Counted from the first letter of the stretch, positions 40,832 to 51,680 are shown. The stretch is DNA of 64,000 bases from Elusimicrobiota bacterium (GCA_036574205.1 JAINCQ010000028.1:1-64000); one strand, 5' to 3'. The notes: generated by a model not told the origin, from the letters alone. Numbers and translations are program-made.

Positions 40832-41273
40832 ACTAATAAGACTTGGGATATTGCTGATAACTTTTTATATGCTTGAAAGTTTTTTAACCTCACTTTCATT
40901 TATATCTGAATTAACCATTTTTTCAAATAAAATCCTTTTTACAGAATTTTTAGCCTTTTTATTCTTGTCTCTGTCTTGTTATATAATTTATGAGTTTTCT
41001 GTAAGAACCAGGAATATAGTAAATGAGATGTTTCCTATTATTCCAGATGCTGGGCTTATTCATTGTTTTATTATATATCTGATAGTAATTGTTTTATCTT
41101 ATTTTGCCGGGATTGGTATTTTTAGAAAAGTAGTAGAAGAGGATTTGTGGTGGAGTTATAATCTTGTTTTTATAGGTTTTTTGATTTATTATTCTGCTAA
41201 AATTGGGTTGGTAGTTTATAAAAACAGCCATACAATAAGCTCTAATATATTTGAAACATTTAAAAAATTTTAA
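40797..41273 (+). CDS. Hypothetical membrane protein (~4 TM)
   Basis: Hydrophobic segments; overlaps the upstream gene as in an operon. Confidence 0.65.
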   Translation: MIREKIKLYVIELIRLGILLITFYMLESFLTSLSFISELTIFSNKILFTEFLAFLFLSLSCYIIYEFSVRTRNIVNEMFPIIPDAGLIHCFIIYLIVIVLSYFAGIGIFRKVVEEDLWWSYNLVFIGFLIYYSAKIGLVVYKNSHTISSNIFETFKKF

Positions 41274-41282
41274 GGAGGATAT

Positions 41283-42137
41283 ATGAAATTATTATTTTTG
41301 ATTTTCAGCTATCTTGTTTTTGCTGAAGACTATTCCATCCAGCCGTATGCTGTTATAAGCGATACAAAGATGATAAATGAAGGTTCTACTCTTGTTAAAA
41401 GTAAGAAATACGATGTGTTATGGACATTAAATGACTCGGGAGATACTGCAAGAATCTTTGCAATTGATTTATCAGGTAAGGTTATAAAGCCCCAATGGCT
41501 AAAAAAATACAATGGAATTAAAATAGTTGATGCGGCTAATATAGATTGGGAAGCAATGACATATGATAATGAGGGAAATCTTATAATCGCAGATATAGGT
41601 AATAACTATAACTATAGAACCGACCTTGCTTTATATAAAATAGCAGAGCCAAACCCATTTTATGCTGATCAGTCAGGGATAATTTCAAAGTATCTTATAA
41701 GATATCCTGACCAAAAAGGGTTTCCACCATCACCAAATGATATGAATTTTGATGCGGAAGCTATTTTTTATTATAAAGGAAAGCTTTATTTAATAGCCAA
41801 AACTAGATCAACAACCATAGCTACTATTTATAGGTTTGATTCTTTAAAGCCATGGGATATAAATATCCCACAAGTGTCAGCTAAATTTGACTTTAAATCA
41901 ATGGTTACAGATGCCGCAGTATCTGAAGATGAAAAGCACATTGCAGTTTTAACATATAATTATGTATGGCTTTTTGAAACTGAGGATAAAGAAAATCCCT
42001 TTTCAGGTCGTTTTTATAATAAGGAAATATCACTTGGACAATGCGAGGGTATCAGTTTTTTAAACAATAATGAGATTGTTATTTCAAATGAGGAAGGGTA
42101 TTTGTTTAAAATAAAAATCTCAGATTTGAAAAAATAA
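41283..42137 (+). CDS. Secreted beta-propeller-like hypothetical protein
   Basis: Signal peptide; WTLNDSG, DWEAM, ADIGNN, FDAEA, QCEGI acidic repeats. Confidence 0.65.
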   Translation: MKLLFLIFSYLVFAEDYSIQPYAVISDTKMINEGSTLVKSKKYDVLWTLNDSGDTARIFAIDLSGKVIKPQWLKKYNGIKIVDAANIDWEAMTYDNEGNLIIADIGNNYNYRTDLALYKIAEPNPFYADQSGIISKYLIRYPDQKGFPPSPNDMNFDAEAIFYYKGKLYLIAKTRSTTIATIYRFDSLKPWDINIPQVSAKFDFKSMVTDAAVSEDEKHIAVLTYNYVWLFETEDKENPFSGRFYNKEISLGQCEGISFLNNNEIVISNEEGYLFKIKISDLKK

Positions 42138-42347
42138 AGACACAACTTATCCCTGAAAGCTTTTCAGAAAATCCAGATGACAATACTTTTTAATTCGTGT
42201 TTCCTCTAAGTAATCTTATTTTTTTATATGGTGATAATATATAGGGCAGAAAAGAATAAAATTTAAATTCAAAATTGTTTCTATTATCCTTATTAATATT
42301 TTTAAAATGATATAATTTAATATGAATTGATTTTTTTGGAGGCGCTT

Positions 42348-43820
42348 ATGAAATTTGTTGAATGCGTTCCAAATTTTTCCGAAGGAAAAGATAAAAAGAA
42401 AATTGATAGCATAGTAAATGCCGCTAAAAGTGTTAGCGGGGTAATGGTGCTGGATGTTGAAAGCGATATAGACCATAATAGAACTGTTTTGACTTTTATA
42501 GCTCCAGTTGAAAATGCAGTTGATGCAATGTTTGAGGTTGCTAAAAAATCTCTTGAACTTATTGATTTAAATTATCATAAAGGGGAACACCCGAGAATGG
42601 GGGCTCTTGATGTCGCTCCTTTTATCCCAATAATAGACACAACTATTGAAGAATGCATAGATCTTGCAAAAAAATTAGGGAAAAGGATTGGAGATGAGCT
42701 TAAAATACCGGTTTATTTATACGATCAGGCCGCACAAAGAGAGGATAGAAGGGATCTGGCGAAGGTTAGAAAAGGTCAGTTTGAGGGACTTAAAGAGGAG
42801 ATAGGTAAAAATCCTGATAGGATTCCTGATTTTGGACCAAACTCAATTCATCCTACCGCTGGCGCTGTGGCTGTTGGAGCAAGGTATCAGATAGTCAATT
42901 TCAATGTTAATTTAGATACAACTGATATGAATTTTGCAAAGACTCTTGCAAAAAAAATTAGAACAAGTGGTGGAGGATTGCCGGCTTTAAGAGCGAAAGA
43001 AATATTTTTAGAATCCAAAAATCAGGTTCAGATATCCACAGTTCTTACTAACTATAGTGTAACATCAATTAAAAAAGTTCTTGATGAAATAAGAAAAGAA
43101 ATAGACCCTAAGGGTATAAAAATAACCGATACTGAGTTGATAGGACTTACTGCCCAAAAACCGCTTATAGATTATGCTATAGAAAGTTTAAATGTTAGCA
43201 ATTTTAATTATGATAATCAGGTTCTTGAAAACAAAATAACAAAGATGTTAATGCAATGGGATGTCGCGTCAAGCTTTGTGATAGAGGAGATGGCAAACTC
43301 TTCTCCAACACCCGGGGGAGGGTCTGCTGCTGCTATAAGTGGCTCTATGGGAGCGGGGCTTATTGAGATGGCTTTTTCTATAACAGCAAAATCAAAAAAA
43401 ACGCCTGAGGAGGTCAAGAAAAAGCTAATTGATTATATTAAAAAGATTTATGCCAAAAGAAAAGAGCTTGAATATCAAATAAGAGAAGATGCAAGGTCCT
43501 TTGATCTTGTTATGGCTGCTTTTAAACTACCGAAAGAAAATCCTGAAAGAGGAAAGGAAATAGAAAATGCCCTTATATATGCTGCAAATATTCCGCTTAA
43601 AACTGCCCTTTTATGCGCTCAGGTTATTGAAATTGCAAAAGAGGTAAGTGAGACAAAGGAAGAAGTAATATCAGATTATAGAAGCGGTATATATATGCTT
43701 GAATGCGCTATTAAATGCGCTCTTGAAAATGTTTATATAAATATAAAATCCATAAATAGTGAAGAGATAAAAAAGAAGATATCTGAGGAAGCATCCAGAG
43801 TTGCTATGCTTATTAAGTGA
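42348..43820 (+). CDS. ftcD: Fused glutamate formimidoyltransferase / formimidoyl-THF cyclodeaminase
   Basis: ECVPNFSEG, DHNRTV, HPRMGALDV; C-terminal SPTPGGGSAAA cyclodeaminase domain. ATG 42348 follows GGAGG. Confidence 0.93.
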   Translation: MKFVECVPNFSEGKDKKKIDSIVNAAKSVSGVMVLDVESDIDHNRTVLTFIAPVENAVDAMFEVAKKSLELIDLNYHKGEHPRMGALDVAPFIPIIDTTIEECIDLAKKLGKRIGDELKIPVYLYDQAAQREDRRDLAKVRKGQFEGLKEEIGKNPDRIPDFGPNSIHPTAGAVAVGARYQIVNFNVNLDTTDMNFAKTLAKKIRTSGGGLPALRAKEIFLESKNQVQISTVLTNYSVTSIKKVLDEIRKEIDPKGIKITDTELIGLTAQKPLIDYAIESLNVSNFNYDNQVLENKITKMLMQWDVASSFVIEEMANSSPTPGGGSAAAISGSMGAGLIEMAFSITAKSKKTPEEVKKKLIDYIKKIYAKRKELEYQIREDARSFDLVMAAFKLPKENPERGKEIENALIYAANIPLKTALLCAQVIEIAKEVSETKEEVISDYRSGIYMLECAIKCALENVYINIKSINSEEIKKKISEEASRVAMLIK

Positions 43821-43834
43821 TTTTGGGAGGTTAG

Positions 43835-45475
43835 ATGAATCAGCTTGATACAATAACCAGAAGTCTTATGCTTTCAAGCCTTAAAGAATATGCAAAAAGA
43901 AAACTTACATATGATTTTATAAGGGAAAAGGATAGGGAGAATGAATGCCCCGTTGATATTTTGAGGGAAATGTATAATCCAGATATTCTTGGGATACACC
44001 TTGTTTCAATACCTCAAGAATATGGAGGACTTGGTGGAGGGACTTTTGATTTATACAGAATTTGCGAGCAGCTTGCAAAAATAGATCTTGGTATAGCTAC
44101 AAGTGTTTTTGCGACATATCTTGGTATAGATCCTATAAATGTCGGTGGGACAAAAGAGCAAAAGGCGAAATGGTTGGGAAAGATAGCCAGAGAAAGGCTT
44201 ATGGTGGCTTATGGCGCAACAGAACCAGATGCTGGGAGCGATTTAGTCAATTTGAAAACTAAAGCTGAACGTGTTATAAAAGACGGCAAAATAGTGGGAT
44301 ATAATATAACAGGGTTAAAACAGTGGATTTCAAACGGCGGAATAGCTGATTTATATACAATTCTTGCAATGGCTGAAGGAGGACCAAGCTGGTTTATAGT
44401 TGAAAGAGGAGCAGAAGGTTTTACCAGCGCTCATCATGAAGATAAGCATGGCATAAGACTTTCAAACACTGCCGGGCTTTCACTTGATTCTGTTTATGTA
44501 CCTGCTGAAAATTTAATAGGTGGTGTAGAGGGACAGGGGCTTTTACAGGCGCAGGCGGTTTTTGGATATACAAGGCTTATGGTTGCAGCTTTCGGTCTTG
44601 GTTGCGGATGGTCAGCGCTTGAAACATCTATAAGATATAGCCAGCAAAGGATTCAAGCAGGCGGGCCTCTTTCTGAAAAGCAGGGGTATACTCATAAATT
44701 AATAGTTCCAAATGCGGTAAATCTTGAAGCTTCAAGAGCATATATTGAGTATGTGGCAAATAGACTTGATAACGGTGAGCATGGACTTCAAACTGAAGGG
44801 GCAATAGCTAAATATTTTGCAACAGAAAGCGGTAATAAAGCTGCAGAGGATTCAATTCAAGCTCTTGGAGGATATGGTTATACCAGGGATTTTCCAGTAG
44901 AAAAAATTAAAAGGGATGTAAAAATTACCTGTATATATGAAGGGACAAATGAGATTATGGAAATGACAATATATAGAGGAAGGTGGCAGGAGCATTTAAA
45001 AACAAGAGGAGAGTATTATAGTAAAATGGCTGAGGAACTTGAAAAGTTGGTGGAAAAAAATAGTGACTGCGGTTTAGAAGAATCTGCTATGGCTTTAAGA
45101 ACCTTAGCGGCTGTTATGGAGGAGGCAAGGATTGGGAAACTGACAAGGCATCAATATGTAACTTTTGTTCTTGGAAAACTCATATCCATAGCAGAGCATG
45201 CTTATGTTTTTGCGAAGACAGCTATGAAAGAAAAATATAGCGAAACCATTAAATTTGATTCAAACACTTATAAAGCTATGGCAAGGATATTCGCTAAAAA
45301 TGCCGCGCTTAAAATAGCGTATGAAGGCTCTGCTTTGATATTTCAATCTGCGGAAAATGTTGGGAATTTAAGTGGGAAAATTAATCTTGAAAAAATAAAT
45401 AAAATCCAGAAAGGAGTTGTAAATGATATGGATTTAGTTGCAAAATCTTTAACTCAGGTTTTTAAATCAAGATAA
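43835..45475 (+). CDS. Acyl-CoA dehydrogenase with C-terminal extension
   Basis: ATEPDAGSD, KQWISNG, QALGGYGY, IYEGTNEI. Confidence 0.92.
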   Translation: MNQLDTITRSLMLSSLKEYAKRKLTYDFIREKDRENECPVDILREMYNPDILGIHLVSIPQEYGGLGGGTFDLYRICEQLAKIDLGIATSVFATYLGIDPINVGGTKEQKAKWLGKIARERLMVAYGATEPDAGSDLVNLKTKAERVIKDGKIVGYNITGLKQWISNGGIADLYTILAMAEGGPSWFIVERGAEGFTSAHHEDKHGIRLSNTAGLSLDSVYVPAENLIGGVEGQGLLQAQAVFGYTRLMVAAFGLGCGWSALETSIRYSQQRIQAGGPLSEKQGYTHKLIVPNAVNLEASRAYIEYVANRLDNGEHGLQTEGAIAKYFATESGNKAAEDSIQALGGYGYTRDFPVEKIKRDVKITCIYEGTNEIMEMTIYRGRWQEHLKTRGEYYSKMAEELEKLVEKNSDCGLEESAMALRTLAAVMEEARIGKLTRHQYVTFVLGKLISIAEHAYVFAKTAMKEKYSETIKFDSNTYKAMARIFAKNAALKIAYEGSALIFQSAENVGNLSGKINLEKINKIQKGVVNDMDLVAKSLTQVFKSR

Positions 45476-45491
45476 TTTTAAGGAGTAGAAT

Positions 45492-46283
45492 ATGAATATA
45501 TATGTTTGTATAAAACAGGTTCCAGATAGCACAGAGGTTAAAATTAATCCGGAAACGGGGACGCTTATAAGAGCGGGTGTCCCATCTATACTTAATCCTT
45601 ATGATCATTTTGCTGTTATGACTGCTGTAAATATCAAAAAATCCAATCCACGAGCGGTAGTTAATGTGATATCAATGGGACCTCCGCAGGCAAAAGAAGT
45701 GATTCAGCTGGCGCTTGCTCTCGGAGCTGATAAGGGGTATCTTTTAAGCGATATGGCTTTTGCGGGCTCTGACACATGGGCGACAGCTTATGCCCTGTCT
45801 TCCGCAATTAGAAAAATAGGAAAATTTGATCTTATAATATGCGGGATGCAGGCTATAGATGGAGATACTGCTCAGGTTGGGCCTCAGATAGCCGCTCAAC
45901 TAAATATAGAGCAAATAACATTCTGCGATTCAATAAATATAGAAGGCAATAAAATTATAGCCAAAAAACACATAGATGATGGTTATGATATAGTTGAAGC
46001 TAATCTTCCGGTGCTTGTTACAATGGTTATGCCAAAAGACTTTGAATTAGCTTTTCCATCATTTGTTCATATAAAGAATGCTCTTTCAAAAGAGATAAAT
46101 GTTTATTCTGCTGATAATATAGGAGTTAATAAAGAATTAGTAGGACTTAAGGGTTCTCCAACTCAGGTAAACAGAATATATCCACCTAAAAGAGAGGTTA
46201 AGACAACATTTATAAATACTACTTCAGTAGAAGCGGTTGATCGTATAGTTGAGATATTGAAACAGGAAAATTTTATAAAATAG
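45492..46283 (+). CDS. etfB: Electron transfer flavoprotein beta subunit
   Basis: VCIKQVPD, SMGPPQA, AGSDTWAT, CGMQAIDGDTAQVGP, GLKGSPT. Confidence 0.95.
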   Translation: MNIYVCIKQVPDSTEVKINPETGTLIRAGVPSILNPYDHFAVMTAVNIKKSNPRAVVNVISMGPPQAKEVIQLALALGADKGYLLSDMAFAGSDTWATAYALSSAIRKIGKFDLIICGMQAIDGDTAQVGPQIAAQLNIEQITFCDSINIEGNKIIAKKHIDDGYDIVEANLPVLVTMVMPKDFELAFPSFVHIKNALSKEINVYSADNIGVNKELVGLKGSPTQVNRIYPPKREVKTTFINTTSVEAVDRIVEILKQENFIK

Positions 46284-46295
46284 CGGAGGTATGAA

Positions 46296-47522
46296 ATGGC
46301 AATAGCTGTTTTATCAAATTGTATAGGTTGCTCTAAATGCGTTGCTTCATGTCCCTTTGAGGCGATATCAATCTCCAATAAGAAAGCTGTTATAGATTTG
46401 ACTAAATGCACTTTATGCGGCGCTTGTGTCCCTGTTTGTCCTGTTAAATCTATAGTTATATCCAGAGATACGGAAAAAAAAGATTTAAGCGACTGGCGGG
46501 ATGTATGGGTTTTTGTGGAATTTGAAGATAATATTAATCCAAAAGAGCAAGGAGAAATTAAAAAAGTATCTTTTGAGTTAGTTTCCAAGGCAAGGGAACT
46601 TGCTGATAAACTACATCAAAATCTTTGTGTGGTTGTTTTGACTGATAAAAACAGAGAATATGAAAAGATTTTTTCAGAGTATGGTGTAAATAAAATGTAT
46701 ATTGTGGAAAATGAGGAATTTCTGCCTTATAATACCTCAATTTCATCCCTTGCGCTTACCGCATTAATAAATAAATATAAGCCAGCTGTTGTTCTTTTTG
46801 GAGCCACATATAAGGGACGGGACCTTGCGCCTCATATAGCATCTAAACTTTATGTAGGCCTTACCGCTGATTGTACTGGACTTGATATAAACAAAGATGG
46901 ACATCTTGTACAGTCTCGTCCAGCTTTTGGCGTAAACATTATGGCAGATATATTATCCCCCAATTCAAGACCTCAGATGGCAACTGTAAGACCTAATGTA
47001 ATGAAAGTGGTGAAATCAACTTCTGTGCCAGTTGAGGTAATAAAAGAAGATATTAAAATAAATCCTGGCATAAGAAAAGTAAAACTAGTGGAAAGGCATA
47101 AAGAGGAACATAAAGGTTATGTTAAAATTGAAAATGCGGATATAATAGTGTCAGGTGGAAGGGGATTGAAAACAAAAGAGAAATTTGAAGTCCTTCATGA
47201 ACTTGCCGCTCTTTTAGATGCAAGTGTTGGCGCTTCAAGAGCTGCGGTTGACAGCGGCTTTATAGATAAAAAACATCAGGTAGGTCAAAGCGGAACTACT
47301 GTTAGACCAAGGCTTTATATGGCTTTTGGGATATCCGGCGCTGTTCAACATCTTGTTGGAATGAGAAACTCAGATGTTATAATAGCTGTTAATAAAGACC
47401 CTAATGCAATGATATTTACAGTCTCTCAATACGCTGTTATAGGGGATGCGCAGGATATAATAAAAAAGCTTATAGAAAAGCTTAAAGCTGCGAAAGAGTC
47501 GCGATTAAAAACTGGTAGCTGA
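46296..47522 (+). CDS. etfA: Electron transfer flavoprotein alpha subunit with N-terminal 2x[4Fe-4S] ferredoxin domain
   Basis: CIGCSKCVASCP and CTLCGACVPVCP; GLTADCT, VSGGRG, QVGQSG, GISGAVQH. Confidence 0.95.
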   Translation: MAIAVLSNCIGCSKCVASCPFEAISISNKKAVIDLTKCTLCGACVPVCPVKSIVISRDTEKKDLSDWRDVWVFVEFEDNINPKEQGEIKKVSFELVSKARELADKLHQNLCVVVLTDKNREYEKIFSEYGVNKMYIVENEEFLPYNTSISSLALTALINKYKPAVVLFGATYKGRDLAPHIASKLYVGLTADCTGLDINKDGHLVQSRPAFGVNIMADILSPNSRPQMATVRPNVMKVVKSTSVPVEVIKEDIKINPGIRKVKLVERHKEEHKGYVKIENADIIVSGGRGLKTKEKFEVLHELAALLDASVGASRAAVDSGFIDKKHQVGQSGTTVRPRLYMAFGISGAVQHLVGMRNSDVIIAVNKDPNAMIFTVSQYAVIGDAQDIIKKLIEKLKAAKESRLKTGS

Positions 47523-47599
47523 ATAAGTTGTTGTTATTTTTGGTGGAAATAAGAACTGCGAAGTAATCTGATCAATTACTTTTAATACTTCGTGATACT

Positions 47600-49570
47600 A
47601 TGGGTGGGATATTTAGGAAATTTTTTAATACGATAATAGGTGTTGGTTTTTTACCAATAATTTTTGTTCTTATTATAATTTTCTATTACCAGTCTGTTTC
47701 AAAAAAAAATCTTATAAACAATTATCAAAGGTTATGCGATTTATATGCCGTTTCTTCTTATGAAAGTATAAATAATTTTGCAACCCGGCTTGATTATTTA
47801 TATTATCTAAGAAGTGTATATAAGGATGATTCTATTTTCCTTAAAAAAATAATAGAAAAATATGAAGAGGTTGTCTTTGTTGCTCTTCTCAACTCTTCAG
47901 GCAAAGAAAGCATGAGATATTCTGTTGAGGGTTTTTCAAAATTATTTCCCGTGATAGACATATCTTCTGAGGATTATTTTGCAAGAATAAAGGATTCTGA
48001 TAGAGGCGTTATAGGTAATTTTCAGATTGTAAAAGACTGGCCAATAGCAAGTATAGTCTATCCTGTTGGAAAAGATTTTGTGTATGTTGTAGTTAACCTT
48101 AGAAAGTTTTTTTCTAATGTGTATAAAACAAGAATAGGGAATACTGGTTTTGCTTTCTTTTTAAGCGAGGGTGGGGTAGTTTTAAGCGATATTGATGTTA
48201 ACATTGGATATAAAGAGATGAATAAAATTACCCAAAACCTTTATGGAAACGCTGAAATTTTTATTAATGGGAAAAATTATTTTTCCGTTTTTAGAAAAAT
48301 AGCCGATCTTGAGTTGTATCTGGTGCTTTCAATGCAAAAGGAAGAATTTTTTAGAGATATAAACCTGATATTCTACTCAATGCTATTTTTGATATTTCTG
48401 GTTTTAACTGTTTCTTATTATATAGCTTTTGTAACATCCAGAAATCTTGCCAGACCCATTTCTGCGCTTATATCAGCAAGCGAAAGAGTTTCTAACGGAG
48501 TTTTTAACGAGCCTGTTGTTGAAAGAAGCGATTTTAAGGAATTTAATGATCTTCTTAAAGTTTTTAATTCAATGATGATAAGGCTTGGAGAATATAATAA
48601 TTTACAGATAGATAAAATAAAAGACGAAAGAGAAAAACTTTATACCATAACTAACAGTCTCAAAGATGCTATTATACTTATTGATTTTAATGGGGATGTT
48701 GTTTATTCAAATAAACAGGCGGAAGAAATTTTCAATGGGGATTTTAAAATAATAAAAGAAAATATAGGTATAATAGATAATAAAAACGAAAGTTTAAACA
48801 GGATAATAAATATTAAAGATAAATATTTTGAGATTTACTCTGATATTATAAATCTTACAAGGGGAAAACCCTTAAAACTTGCGGTTGCAAGAGATGTTAC
48901 ACTTGAAATGAATATATATAAGGTTAAGGAGGATTTATTTCGCTCTATAGCGCATGATTTGAGAAATCCTCTTTTGAATATGCAGGGTTATATCAAGCTG
49001 CTTTCCTATGATGCCGATGAGAAATCAAGGCGATACATAGATGGGCTTAAAAACGAAAGCGAGATTGTTTTTAGAATGATTGAAAATATTCTTGATATGT
49101 CACGAATAGAAAATAAAAAACTTGAATTGAAAATCTCTAAGACCAATATTGTTGAGTTTGCAAAAAAGCTTGCTGAAAGATATGATATAAGGGCAAAAAG
49201 CAAGAATATATTTTTTGAATTGGATATTCCCTCAGAGCCGATATATGCCGCAATAGATGAGGAGCTTTTTTCGCGCGCAGTTGATAATATTCTTTCAAAC
49301 GCTTTTAAATATACTGATGAAGGTGGAAGGGTAAAATTTCAAATTGTTTGCTCAGATAAAATTTATATAATTATAGATGACACAGGTAAAGGAATTGATC
49401 CCTTAATGTTGAAAAATATTTTTGACAGGTTTAAGACAACCTCAAAAGACGGTTTTGGACTTGGTCTGAGCATAGCTAAGACAATAATAGATATGCATAG
49501 GGCTTCAATAAAAGTTGAGTCTGAGTTGTCAAAAGGAACTAAGTTTACTATTTCTCTGGATAAGGTATAG
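47600..49570 (+). CDS. Membrane sensor histidine kinase (Cache-like sensor, HAMP, PAS-like, HisKA, HATPase)
   Basis: Two TM segments; SIAHDLRNPL, NILSNAFKYT, DDTGKGI, GFGLGL. Confidence 0.92.
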   Translation: MGGIFRKFFNTIIGVGFLPIIFVLIIIFYYQSVSKKNLINNYQRLCDLYAVSSYESINNFATRLDYLYYLRSVYKDDSIFLKKIIEKYEEVVFVALLNSSGKESMRYSVEGFSKLFPVIDISSEDYFARIKDSDRGVIGNFQIVKDWPIASIVYPVGKDFVYVVVNLRKFFSNVYKTRIGNTGFAFFLSEGGVVLSDIDVNIGYKEMNKITQNLYGNAEIFINGKNYFSVFRKIADLELYLVLSMQKEEFFRDINLIFYSMLFLIFLVLTVSYYIAFVTSRNLARPISALISASERVSNGVFNEPVVERSDFKEFNDLLKVFNSMMIRLGEYNNLQIDKIKDEREKLYTITNSLKDAIILIDFNGDVVYSNKQAEEIFNGDFKIIKENIGIIDNKNESLNRIINIKDKYFEIYSDIINLTRGKPLKLAVARDVTLEMNIYKVKEDLFRSIAHDLRNPLLNMQGYIKLLSYDADEKSRRYIDGLKNESEIVFRMIENILDMSRIENKKLELKISKTNIVEFAKKLAERYDIRAKSKNIFFELDIPSEPIYAAIDEELFSRAVDNILSNAFKYTDEGGRVKFQIVCSDKIYIIIDDTGKGIDPLMLKNIFDRFKTTSKDGFGLGLSIAKTIIDMHRASIKVESELSKGTKFTISLDKV

Positions 49571-51679
49571 ATGAAGATATTTAAGAAAGAATATAAATCT
49601 GTTTATATAGTTGGAATAGTTTTTAGTTTTATATTTACAATTTTTTACCTTATAGATTTTGAACTTTCTCAATCTCTCTTTTTTTCATCCCTTGAGAAAA
49701 AATGGCATGACACTAAATTTTATAGTGCGATTGATATATTAAGGGATCTACATATTTTTCCTCAACTTAAAGAGCCGGACAAAAGGATAATAATAGTTGG
49801 CATTGATGATAAAACACTTGAGTCTTATGGCTGGCCTATGCCAAGGAGATATTATAAGCCTTTGATTGAGAATCTCAATAAATATGGCGCAAGGGTAATT
49901 GGATTTGATATTATGTTTTTTGACCCGGATAAAAGGGATCCAGAAAATGATAAAATTTTATCTCAAACTGTCAGGGAAAATAAAAATGTTGTTCTTGCTG
50001 TCTCTGTCGGAGATAACGCAAATATTAATCTTCCAATGAAGGTTCTTCTTGAAAACACTACTAACCTTGCATCTCTTTCAGCATCAACTATGATAGACTC
50101 TGACGGGAAAATAAGGAAAATTTATCCTTTTCTTACAGCTATGAACTTTGAAGGTGAAGAGAAGGTTTATTATTATAAAGATGTTTGTCCCGGGTGTGGG
50201 GATATTTCAGAAATTGGCCTTCCACTTTTAGGAACATACCTTTATTCTTTTTATAGCGGAATAAGCTTAAAGGATTTATATCAAAAATGGCATAGCGAAT
50301 GGGGGGATAAATCCTTTCTTATTAATTTCAGGAAAACTAGAGAAAAATCCTTAACTGTTTTTTACGATTATATTTCTGTTAAAGATGTAATAGAGGATAC
50401 TTTAAGCGATGAGGAAAAAAATAAACTTAAAGGAGCTATAATCCTTGTAGGTTCTATATCTCAGGGAACATTTGACCATTTTCCAACTCCAGCATCTGAA
50501 CATACTCCGGGGATAGAAGTTCATGCGCTTGCGATAGATAATCTTCTAAACAACGATTACCTTTTAAAGACTAAATTTTATATTTTCTTTCCAATTTTTT
50601 TGTTTTATATATGGTTGCCAGTATTATTGATAAAAAATAATGTTTTGAAACTTACTTTATATGATTTTGCTTTTTTGGTTATTCCTCTATTTTTAAGTGT
50701 GAGTTTAATAAAATATAGATACGATTTTTATTTTATAACCTATCTTATCCCAAATCTTATAAGCTATACTTATGTAGTAGCGTATAAATCCATTGTTGAA
50801 GATAAACAAAAAAGGTGGATTAAAAATACATTTTCACAATATCTCTCTCCAGAGGTGGTTGATATTCTTGTAAGTGATCCGAGCAAACTAAAACTTGGTG
50901 GAGAGAAGAAAGATATGACTATATTTTTTATGGATATAGCAGGTTTTACTTCTATAAGCGAAAAATTATCACCTGAAGAAGTCACAAATCTTTTAAATAT
51001 TTATCTATCTGAGTTAAGCGATGTTATTTTAGCTTATAAGGGAGTTATAGATAAATATATTGGAGATTGTATTATGGCATTCTGGAATGCTCCTGTTGAT
51101 TTGAAAAATCACAGGACTTACGCTGTAAAATCAGCAATTAAATGTTTGGATAAAGTAAGAGAGTTAAATTCCAGAAATAGTGGCACAAGCGGGATAAATG
51201 TAAGAATAGGAATAAACAGTGGGGATGCGGTTGTTGGTAATATGGGTTCAAATAAGAGATTTTCATATACTGTTCTTGGAGATACTGTTAATTTAGCTTC
51301 AAGGCTTGAGGGAGCAAATAAATATTTCCACACCAATGTGATGGTAAGTGATGATGTTTATAAAGAGGCAAAGGAAGAAATAGTTTTCAAATATATTGGT
51401 GATATTCTTGTTGTTGGAAAAGCTCAAAGTGTAAAGGTTTGGGAGCCTTATAAGGAAATAAAGGATATGAATGATGAAGATAAAGAGTTTATCAAAAACT
51501 TTGAAAATGGCATAAAATATTTCTATGATGGAGATTATCCTAAAAGCGCCGATTTTTTTAAATCCGCTTTAAGACTAAAAGAAGATGCTCTTTCAAGGTT
51601 TTATTTTGAACTTTCTCAAGAATTTTTGAAAAAAGGCAATGATGGTTTTAATGGAATTTTTAATATAAGGAGTAAATAA
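49571..51679 (+). CDS. CHASE2-domain adenylate/guanylate cyclase
   Basis: IIIVGIDD, GWPMPR, PGIEVHA; FMDIAGFT, DKYIGDCIMAFW, GDTVNLASRLEG. Confidence 0.93.
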   Translation: MKIFKKEYKSVYIVGIVFSFIFTIFYLIDFELSQSLFFSSLEKKWHDTKFYSAIDILRDLHIFPQLKEPDKRIIIVGIDDKTLESYGWPMPRRYYKPLIENLNKYGARVIGFDIMFFDPDKRDPENDKILSQTVRENKNVVLAVSVGDNANINLPMKVLLENTTNLASLSASTMIDSDGKIRKIYPFLTAMNFEGEEKVYYYKDVCPGCGDISEIGLPLLGTYLYSFYSGISLKDLYQKWHSEWGDKSFLINFRKTREKSLTVFYDYISVKDVIEDTLSDEEKNKLKGAIILVGSISQGTFDHFPTPASEHTPGIEVHALAIDNLLNNDYLLKTKFYIFFPIFLFYIWLPVLLIKNNVLKLTLYDFAFLVIPLFLSVSLIKYRYDFYFITYLIPNLISYTYVVAYKSIVEDKQKRWIKNTFSQYLSPEVVDILVSDPSKLKLGGEKKDMTIFFMDIAGFTSISEKLSPEEVTNLLNIYLSELSDVILAYKGVIDKYIGDCIMAFWNAPVDLKNHRTYAVKSAIKCLDKVRELNSRNSGTSGINVRIGINSGDAVVGNMGSNKRFSYTVLGDTVNLASRLEGANKYFHTNVMVSDDVYKEAKEEIVFKYIGDILVVGKAQSVKVWEPYKEIKDMNDEDKEFIKNFENGIKYFYDGDYPKSADFFKSALRLKEDALSRFYFELSQEFLKKGNDGFNGIFNIRSK

Positions 51680-51680
51680 G

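Noticed and set aside
47600..49570. Orphan kinase as cognate sensor for the DosR-like operator
   Set aside because: Its H-box (AHDLRNPL) is HisKA type, not the HisKA_3 type usually paired with NarL-family regulators, and no regulator gene is in the window.
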